Origin: a candidate division TA06 bacterium SM23_40
GTDB taxonomy: Bacteria > LJUI01 > SM1-40
Direction: 5' to 3'
DNA length: 37,218 nucleotides
NCBI GenBank assembly: GCA_001303705.1
Contig: LJUI01000009.1
Coordinates: forward strand, 1 to 37,218
The notes beneath the pieces were generated by a model. That model did not search any database. It saw only the letters and a program-made list of their open reading frames with translations, and was not told where the DNA came from. Below are positions 1-7,443 of this stretch, piece by piece (position 1 is the stretch's first letter; the number at the start of each line of letters is the position of its first letter). The position numbers were made by a program, and so were the translations under genes.

Positions 1-665
1 ATGAGGATATCGTAGCGTCCGCGAATCCTGTGCAGCGCCGCCTCGATCGACGCTACCGGATCAGTGACAACGAGCTCAGGATCATCCGCTTCTACTCTCG
101 GGATCGCTCCGCCGGAGACAAGCCCCAGGATGGCAATGCGCACGCCCCCCACAGGGATACCGAATATGCGGGTAGCGCCGAAACGCTTGATGATCCAGCG
201 CTCGACAAATGGTGTCCGCCTGTCAGCATGGAAGATATTCGTCGACAGGAGAGGAAGTCGGTAGGCATCCCTCATATGGAGGAGGAAGTTACCGCCGAAT
301 GTCAGATCGAAGTGCCCGACGTTGATGGCCGCACACCCGAGAGCGCCGAGCGAGCGAGAGATGTATTCGGCGGCGAGACGCTTCCCCGGATCGTTCGACA
401 GGAATCCTCCCGAATCGACAACGAGGGTGTGGGAGTCTCGCGACGTCCTTTCCAGGACGAAGGTGGCCCTCCGGGCCATCCCGCCGTAGCGGCCGGACCG
501 TCACCCGCAGGGTATGAGGGCGCTCGCCATGTTCCCCGAGTAGAATATTTTCAGGTTCTCTTTTCGTTCCCCCGGCGAGACAGGCCGGCACCCGGCCATG
601 CTGCACGCCACAAACATGGCTCCGGCGATGACCGTGCTCAGGACCCGATTGATGCCTGATATCAT
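1..665 (-). CDS. UshA/5'-nucleotidase-fold (seleno)lipoprotein, paralog 1; 3' end runs off the window; probable Sec at TGA 501-503 (residue 55)
   Basis: ATG at 665 after a purine-rich RBS. Signal peptide with lipobox MAGC, then IFYSGNMASALIPCG-TGA. Manual translation continues in frame without a stop to the window edge (RSGRYGGMARRATFV..LVVDSGGF..AAINVGHFD..LPLLSTNI..IIKRFG..IAILGL) and is collinear with 3087..4511. Confidence 0.88.
464..478 (-). promoter_or_regulatory. Putative bacterial SECIS apical hairpin (UGGCCC-GGA-GGGCCA)
   Basis: 6-bp stem with a G-starting loop, beginning 22 nt after the in-frame UGA. Same position as in the paralog. Confidence 0.72.
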
Positions 666-753
666 CCTGCCCTCTTGACCCGGATACCTACGCCTATCCC
701 GAGATCGCTCCGTCGATGGCTGATCTTGAAAATAATCCCTTGGTCTGTTCGAC

Positions 754-813
754 TGTCTGTCACACCGCTCGACCAATTGTCGGACCGCCCGAATGTCCGT
801 CACACCGCTCGAC
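754..813. repeat. Three degenerate 20-bp tandem units (TGTCYGTCACACCGCTCGAC)
   Basis: 754-773 and 794-813 are 19/20 identical. The middle unit 774-793 keeps TGTC..ACCGC.CGA. Confidence 0.6.
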
Positions 814-880
814 TACCCGTTCTCCGTCTCGCTTTCACCGTACGCCTGCACAGCCAGGTCCGGGATCCCTGCTGCGGCGC

Positions 881-2773
881 TCAGGGTCTGAGGAAGACAG
901 CCTTGCGCACCTGTCGATCCCCATGCACATCGAGCACGTACAGATAGAGGCCACAGGCTACCCTCACGCCCTCCTCGTCCCGGCCATCCCACTCAAACCG
1001 GCACCTACCGGGTATGGCTTCGCTGGCCTCGATCGTCCGGATGAGCTGGCCGGAGATATTGTATACCCGTATCGCAGGCAGCGGCGAATCCTCCGGAAGA
1101 GAGCAATTGATGGTCGTCAGTTGAGAGAACGGATTGGGGCAGTTCTGCCCCAGTCGAAGCAACCCGTCCGGGTTCGCCGCCGGCTGCTGCTCTCCTTCGA
1201 CCCCCACGCCCCCCAGCACCTCGAAGTCATACGTCTCCACGGGGGCCCCGGGAGGGGTCCGCGCCACGTTCCCCGGCCTATCTCTGGCCTCCACGTAGTA
1301 TCGGATCACAGTGCCCGGAGCCTGGCCGGGGATCTCGCCGCGGAAGAGACTCCCGCCGACCGGCCGCATCGCCAGGCTGTCGAACGTCGGCTCCTCCCCT
1401 GCCCGGTACAGGAGGTCGGCATCGAGGAGGAGCGTGTTGTCGAAACCGGTGACCGTGACCGCATAGGGCCCGAGGGTGTCGTATGTATCGGGCGGGTGCG
1501 AGCACGCGGCGAGAACAGGCGGGGTAGTGTCGGGAGCTCCGTACTGATTGATCAGCAATCTGTTCCGCTGCGGGCTGTTCGCCACCAGAAGATCGAGATC
1601 ATGATCCCCGTCGACATCTGAGAAGGCCGCGCCCTGACTGAAAGAGATATCCTCGGGCAGCCACGTCTCCGTGCTATCAACATAGACTCCGGCTCCTACG
1701 TTTATGTACATGCTGTTCTGTTCGTACCGCGCCACAAACAGATCGAAATCCCCGTCTCCGTCAACATCTCCGATCGCACCATCTGTCGCCTCGTCGAAGA
1801 ATGGTACAGACGGAATCCGCCAGCTCGTCTCATCCCGATACGCTCCTGCACCCGTGTTGATGAGCAGCCGGACATCATCTGAGTAACGGGCGAAGTTCGC
1901 AACGAATAGATCGAGCAGCGAGTCGCCACTCACATCACCGATTCTGATGTGGTAGGTCGTGTCGGCGAGGGCGGGCATGCGTCTGCGGCTGTCGTCCACA
2001 AATAGGCCGCTTCCGTCATTGATGAGCAACCGATTCTGGCGGGCGTCGTTACCGATGACGAGATCGAGGTCACCGTCGCCTTCGACATCACCGACGGCGA
2101 CGGCGCGGCTCGGGTTGCTGGCCGCGGGAAGGAGGGAGTCCGTCAGATCGCTGAAGTAGCCCAGACCATCGTTGACGAGCAGTCGGTTCTGTTCGTCCCG
2201 ATTCACGACCGCGATGTCGATATCGCCGTCACCGTCTACATCTCCCAGGGCAGCGCCGAAACTCAGCCCGTCGGCCGGAGGCAGTCGGAGGGCGCTCTCC
2301 TCGGCGAAATATCCGGAGCCATCGTTGACGAACAGTCTGTTCTGGTAGCCAACATTTGCGACAAGGAGATCGATATCGCCATCGCCGTCGATGTCGCCCA
2401 GCGACCCGTCGCGACTCGGCTCATTGGGAGCACCGGGCATGCGCGTATCCGTCTCGTCGGAGAAGAATCCGTCGCCGTCGTTTATGAGGAGAAAATTCTT
2501 GGCCCCTGCAGGCACGTAGTTCGAAATGTACAGATCGAGATCGCCATCACCGTCAATGTCGCCGGGCTCGATATCGAAACTGCTGTCGTTATAGTCCGGA
2601 AGCCTGAGGCTCGTCTCATCGAGGAAATGCTCCTGTGCCGCGGCCGCCGACGCCAGCGCTACCGCCGATAAGAGCACCATCGCGGCACGTCTGCGGCGGG
2701 CCCGCGGAAGCGGAGCGCACGGCGGGCAGACTGCGAACCGCGCTCCCGTTTTCGGATTCATCATCTGGTCCAT
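881..2773 (-). CDS. Secreted FG-GAP/VCBS repeat (beta-propeller) protein with C-terminal FlgD-Ig/T9SS-like sorting domain
   Basis: About 7 repeats of GD(I/V)DGDGD(L/I)D(L/I)..N....N.L..NDG.G.F.D, a signal-like RRRRAAMVLLSAVALASAAAA, and a C-terminal NCPNPF..VYNISGQLIR..WDGRD..GLYLY..RK. Start uncertain: the ORF is open to 2944, and ATG 2773 follows GGAGG. Confidence 0.85.
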   Translation of the reverse strand: MDQMMNPKTGARFAVCPPCAPLPRARRRRAAMVLLSAVALASAAAAQEHFLDETSLRLPDYNDSSFDIEPGDIDGDGDLDLYISNYVPAGAKNFLLINDGDGFFSDETDTRMPGAPNEPSRDGSLGDIDGDGDIDLLVANVGYQNRLFVNDGSGYFAEESALRLPPADGLSFGAALGDVDGDGDIDIAVVNRDEQNRLLVNDGLGYFSDLTDSLLPAASNPSRAVAVGDVEGDGDLDLVIGNDARQNRLLINDGSGLFVDDSRRRMPALADTTYHIRIGDVSGDSLLDLFVANFARYSDDVRLLINTGAGAYRDETSWRIPSVPFFDEATDGAIGDVDGDGDFDLFVARYEQNSMYINVGAGVYVDSTETWLPEDISFSQGAAFSDVDGDHDLDLLVANSPQRNRLLINQYGAPDTTPPVLAACSHPPDTYDTLGPYAVTVTGFDNTLLLDADLLYRAGEEPTFDSLAMRPVGGSLFRGEIPGQAPGTVIRYYVEARDRPGNVARTPPGAPVETYDFEVLGGVGVEGEQQPAANPDGLLRLGQNCPNPFSQLTTINCSLPEDSPLPAIRVYNISGQLIRTIEASEAIPGRCRFEWDGRDEEGVRVACGLYLYVLDVHGDRQVRKAVFLRP

Positions 2774-3086
2774 GTGGACGAGGGCCTCCATCCGATATCG
2801 CCGGCGGCGTCTGTGGCACCCCGCCAGCAATCCTCCTGTGGGCCTCGTCCAGGAGTCGCCACGGATCCGAGCGCTGATCTGGTGCATGAACTCCCGGACC
2901 GAGCTGATCAGCAATGAGCGTGCCCGGTCTCGAAACTGAGACACATGACACGCTCACCAGGTTTCTCAGACAGTCCCGTCATCTCAGCGAGCTCACTGAG
3001 ATAGGCAAGTCCATATCTTCCTGAGCCCCGCGGCCTCAAAGGTGTGTTCGCCATAGAAGACTCACAGCCTGAGCGATCTCAGGAAC

Positions 3087-4511
3087 TCAGTGAGCTACTT
3101 TCCGTCTATCCTCCGGGAAGTCGAATTCGGGATCCCGCTCCTGATTGTGACACCTCACACAGGTGTACATCGTGATTATAGGCAGCTCTGGCATCAACCT
3201 CCCGTCCGGGAGCTTATGTCGCTCGACGCCCTGCTCCCGGTTCAGGAGGTGCCGCATGCCGAAGCCGTGACACGTCTCGCACTGGACGTTGGCCATCTCG
3301 GGCGTGGTGTCTACGCTCCAGTATCCGTTATACTGGCGGAATCCGGTTGTGTGGCATGGCAGACATTCGAACTTCTTCCCTTCGTCCTCTCTCGTGCTGG
3401 ATTCCAGAGATGCATATGCATCGGCGTGTGCCGTCGTCTTCCACTGTTCGTATTGAGCCTGATGACACGAGCCGCAGCGCTCAGCCCCGGCATATACTTC
3501 CTGTACGTTCTCCGGCCTGGGCTGATTGATCTGAGCTTCGTGCAGTCCTTCCTTGTACTCAGCAATGAGTGCAACCATCGTCGAGTCCTCGCCGATCGAC
3601 TCATCGAGCCTCTGGAGCTTGCCCTCCCAGGACGTCACGCGATTCCTCTCATCGAGGTTGAGCAGAAGGTTGCCCTCGTTCTTTCCCTGCCACCCCGGCT
3701 CGACCATGGGGACACCGCTCCGGAGTTCGGGCTCCAAAGTTTGACGAGATGTGCGTCCGCCCACGAGGAGGTCGATGCCCGCCACCAGCTCCACCAGGGA
3801 GTCACACTGGGCCGTCGACATCTGGACGAGCGCGATGATGACATCACACCCATTCGCCTTCAGCGTCTTCATCGCATCACGCGCCGCCTCGTAGGGGTCT
3901 CCAACCATAAGCTTTCGATCATCCTCGGGCTGGGGCGGCATCTGCTGTGGCGGGGTCAACCCGTTCAATCCCAGAATGCCGACGGTCACATCTGGAGCAC
4001 GCCAGAAGAAGAAGCGAGGCCTCCCGAATTTCTTGATGATGAACGGTTCGGCAAAGAGTTCTCCTGTATCTTCATAGTAGACGTTCGCGGACACATAAGG
4101 CAGTCTGTACCTGCTACGGAGATCAGAGAGAAGGCTCGCTCCCAGTACCGTGTCCTTGAACCCGACGTTAATGGCGTCGTACCCGATCATCTTCATCGCC
4201 CGCAGAAGGTACCTGACTTTGATCTGGCTCATCCAGTCGCCCACATGGATGAAGTTCCCGGCGTCGACGATGAGCTGGTACGCATCCCCGCGACTGCTCT
4301 CCCGAATGTAGGTGGCTCTCCGAGCCATCCCGCCGTCACGGCGCCCGTGTCACCCGCACGGCTCCAGGTAATTCATCATGTTCCCGGAGTAGAAGACCTG
4401 GATTCCCTTCTTGGCCTCTCCCCCTTCAGAAGGAGAGCAGGAGAGAAGACCCAATGCCAGCAGCGCTCCGACGACGACTGCCGCACATAAACGTGTGTAG
4501 ATCCGATGCAT
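3087..4511 (-). CDS. UshA-fold (seleno)lipoprotein fused to tetraheme cytochrome c554-like domain, 474 aa; probable Sec at TGA 4350-4352 (residue 54)
   Basis: ORFs 4350..4550 and 3087..4328 are in the same frame and join as YLEPCG-U-HGRRDGGMARRATYI. Start ATG 4511 (MHRIY.., lipobox LLSC). Nucleotidase-like blocks IVDAGN, YDAINVG, LPYVSAN, VGILGL. Four heme motifs: CGSCH, CLPCH, CETCH, CVRCH. Confidence 0.92.
4313..4327 (-). promoter_or_regulatory. Putative bacterial SECIS apical hairpin (UGGCUC-GGA-GAGCCA)
   Basis: Begins 22 nt after the UGA. A U-A pair replaces the C-G pair of the 464..478 hairpin. Confidence 0.72.
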
Positions 4512-4546
4512 AACACCTACCCTCAACCTGAGCCTCCCTGGACTGG

Positions 4547-5704
4547 TCATTCGACTGCGTGAGTGCGTACTCGCTGCCCTCCTTCGCGACGAGCATCGAT
4601 GTCTGCTCCCTGATGACTACTGTCGATCCCGTACTGCGCGAACAATCTCCCCCACGGCGTCCGCTCAAATTGACGGATGCGCCTGCGCCCAATGGTTGGA
4701 TACCACAGGAGGTCGTGATAGATAGTCGATGCAACCGGCGCCCAAACCCAGAGCGGCGAATGGAGCGCAAGTCGCTTGAGCGGTCGGAGGGACCCCCGCC
4801 TCAGCATCTGGTCGCCACGGATCACCAGGCTCCGCTCACTCCGGAACCCAAGATTGACGTCCTCGATGCTGTCGCCGACGATCTCGACCTGCCGTGGATC
4901 AGCAACGCCCAGCCCGCGTTCCTGGGCCATCGCCAGATAGGGAATGGAGAGTGGGTCGAACCCCATTATCTCCGCTGCGACGGCGTCGATAGCAACCGAA
5001 TCGTTGCTCGCCAGAATAACATTCGCCACAACCGGCCTCATCGTTCGGGGCCCCGCGCCATCGCCCGCGACCGTTCCATCCATGACTGCAAAGATGCCGG
5101 TGTGAAGCTCCCGCTGCATGTACAGCAGATCGACCAGCACCTCGTGAATGAACTCGTGGCCGTAGTGACGAACCTCCTTCAGGAGTCCGCCGAATGCGTT
5201 CTTGATCGCCCCCGTGGTGACCGAGTGTCCGTGTGTCTTCACTGTCGGCAGATGGAGCACGTTCGTCCCGACAAACATCTTCGGGATCTCGATCCCGTCG
5301 GGGAATATCCGGGGTAGCTTCAACAGCGGCGCCTTGAACTCATACCGGATCCATTCCACCTCAGTCAGGGGTATGAAATCGAGGCCGTATCGCTCAAGCA
5401 CCCCCGCCCACTTGTTCTGTCTGGCTCCCTCAATGGGATTGGTGACGACTGTCTTGTTCTCGACGGGCAACAGATGGTCAGGGCTGTACCCATCTTCGAG
5501 CATGGTTCTGACTACACCCTCGAGTTGCCACGGCTGGCTCGAGCAGGCCGGAAAGTAGAGCGTCCACGAGAGGTTGAGTTTGAGGATCGTGTCGTGTTGA
5601 CGGAGAAGAGCCTCGTCGTAGCGAACGAGCCGCATCAACCGGGCATAGTCATCTAGTACAGTCTCTGGCGAAGTGAAGAGCACCCCGACGATTGCGTTTG
5701 CCAT
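4547..5704 (-). CDS. DUF362 family protein (putative Fe-S/LarA-related, uncharacterised)
   Basis: Motifs LKLNLSW, LPTVKTHGHSVTTGAIKNAFG, VMDGTVAGDGAGP and ASNDSVAIDAVAAEIMGFDP. ATG at 5704 preferred over GTG at 5716. Confidence 0.85.
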   Translation of the reverse strand: MANAIVGVLFTSPETVLDDYARLMRLVRYDEALLRQHDTILKLNLSWTLYFPACSSQPWQLEGVVRTMLEDGYSPDHLLPVENKTVVTNPIEGARQNKWAGVLERYGLDFIPLTEVEWIRYEFKAPLLKLPRIFPDGIEIPKMFVGTNVLHLPTVKTHGHSVTTGAIKNAFGGLLKEVRHYGHEFIHEVLVDLLYMQRELHTGIFAVMDGTVAGDGAGPRTMRPVVANVILASNDSVAIDAVAAEIMGFDPLSIPYLAMAQERGLGVADPRQVEIVGDSIEDVNLGFRSERSLVIRGDQMLRRGSLRPLKRLALHSPLWVWAPVASTIYHDLLWYPTIGRRRIRQFERTPWGRLFAQYGIDSSHQGADIDARREGGQRVRTHAVE

Positions 5705-5812
5705 CGAGCATTCCACGGAAAGAGATTACCAGGCCGCGAGCCGCAATCCTCCAGCCGTACCTGCTGAAGACGGCTCTGGCGGCCTAACGTGAAAAAGTCA
5801 CCACGATAGGTG

Positions 5813-5841
5813 AATATAGCATGGCTTTATCGGCCAGTCAA
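5813..5841 (-). promoter_or_regulatory. Sigma70-type promoter for the DUF362-selenocytochrome genes
   Basis: TTGACT-17 bp-TATATT with an extended -10 TG. Confidence 0.7.
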
Positions 5842-5876
5842 GCACAAACCCGAGGCCGGAAGCACCTACCAGAGCC

Positions 5877-7322
5877 CTACTTGGTCCTCTCTCTGGTCCT
5901 GTACTTCCTTCCGGACTCGGAGCCGTCTCCCCACGGGAACCCGAGCCGATGCTCGTGTTTCAGGTCCATCACCTGGAAGAGGAGGCGGCCGACCTCGGAG
6001 ACATGGTGAATACCGCGAAACCGTTCTGCTCGCGGCCCCGTGCCGAAGATAAGAACGGGCGTGGCGGTATGATCCGAACTCGCCCAGGTGACCTGCATGC
6101 TCGGGCCAACGGCCCACCCCAGGAGGTTGGATCTGGATGCCCCGAAGAAGGGCCTCTCCTCCAGCTCTGCGGCCCATGTCGCCTGCGCGATCCCGATATC
6201 GAGACCGTTCACGTCCAGGATGATCTGTCTGATCGCCTCGGCGGTCAGCGAGTCCCGCTCCCACGCCGCGCGCGCAAACGACGACGTCTGACTCCCGAGC
6301 AGCGCGAGACGATCAGAACCACCATAGCCTGTCTGATAGTCACTGCCGTCCCCGCCATTCGGCGGTGCCGGTGACACCCCCATGCCCCCCGTCTCGTGGT
6401 CTGCGGTGACGAGGAGGAGCGTGCCCCGGTGCCGATCCGCGTATGCCAGGGCCACTCCGACAGCCTCGTCGAACGCAAGGAGCCCGCGGAGAGTTGTTCC
6501 CGCGTCGTTGTCGTGGCAGGCATGGTCAATACGACCGCCCTCGACTACGAGGAAGAATCCCTCCCGGTCGCAGTCAAGCCGCGCCAGTGCCGCCTCGGTC
6601 ATCTCGGCGAGACTCGGTTCATCCGTCCCGGCTCGGTCGATCTCGTACGCCATATGGCCCTCGGCGAAGAGCCCCAGCACCTTATCGCACCGGCTGAGAT
6701 CGAGTTCGCGCAGTTCTTCGGCTGTCCGCACCACCGTATACCCGAGCATTGCTGCCGTATCGACGAGACCCTCGAAATGGCGGCTCCCCCCTCCCAGCAG
6801 GACGTCGATCCTATTGCGTACCAGTTCATGGCGTGCGATTACATCTTCGGTGTTCCGCGACAGAGAGTGCGCGGCGAACGCGGCTGGCGTGGCGTGGGTC
6901 AATCTGGTCGTCGTGACAAGTCCAACTGCCTTGCGCGCCGCATGGGCCCGCTCCAACACCGTCACCACGTCCCCCCCATCCTCGCTCCACGAGATAACCC
7001 CATTCTCGTAGATCCTTCCCGTAGCCAGAGCGGATGCAGACGCTGCCGAATCAGTCACTAGTGCGCCCAGCGGATTGGTCGTCATATACCCCGTGTTTCC
7101 TCGCTGCGCCAACTTCTCCATGTTCGCGGGCTCGCCCTTCACCAGGCGAAGATAATCGAGAACGAGCCCGACCTGCGCCGGCCCCATTCCGTCGCCTATC
7201 ATCAGTATCACCCGCCGTGCCTGCCCGCCAGCCCAACTCCACGAAACGAGGAGTGCGGCGACGAGGAGGACAACGAGGCAAGATTGCACTATCCTCATCG
7301 GTCCTGCATTACCTCTGGCCAT
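5877..7322 (-). CDS. phoA: Alkaline phosphatase (PhoA-type), exported
   Basis: MIGDGMG, VTDSAASAS (Ser nucleophile), HATPAAF, EGGRIDHACH, TADHETGG and a signal peptide. ATG 7322 follows GGAGGGAGG. Confidence 0.93.
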   Translation of the reverse strand: MARGNAGPMRIVQSCLVVLLVAALLVSWSWAGGQARRVILMIGDGMGPAQVGLVLDYLRLVKGEPANMEKLAQRGNTGYMTTNPLGALVTDSAASASALATGRIYENGVISWSEDGGDVVTVLERAHAARKAVGLVTTTRLTHATPAAFAAHSLSRNTEDVIARHELVRNRIDVLLGGGSRHFEGLVDTAAMLGYTVVRTAEELRELDLSRCDKVLGLFAEGHMAYEIDRAGTDEPSLAEMTEAALARLDCDREGFFLVVEGGRIDHACHDNDAGTTLRGLLAFDEAVGVALAYADRHRGTLLLVTADHETGGMGVSPAPPNGGDGSDYQTGYGGSDRLALLGSQTSSFARAAWERDSLTAEAIRQIILDVNGLDIGIAQATWAAELEERPFFGASRSNLLGWAVGPSMQVTWASSDHTATPVLIFGTGPRAERFRGIHHVSEVGRLLFQVMDLKHEHRLGFPWGDGSESGRKYRTRERTK

Positions 7323-7443
7323 TGGACTTCGTCCTCCCTCCATATACTCCTCGGCCATGCGCCCGCCGAGGAGGAGCGTCACATTCCCGCCTCACCGGCC
7401 GGCCCCGCACCAACCGGACGTACTCAGCAACCTTATCGGGGTA

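Noticed and set aside
4350-4352. Pseudogene (nonsense mutation) reading of the in-frame TGA
   Set aside because: The same TGA occurs at the same column in a diverged paralog, at a Cys-type position, with a covarying downstream hairpin and intact frames on both sides.
3090-4490. Long plus-strand ORFs (3090..4490, 14247..15632, 24133..25176, 33171..34262 and similar)
   Set aside because: They are antisense shadows of well-supported minus-strand genes in GC-rich DNA and show no motifs.
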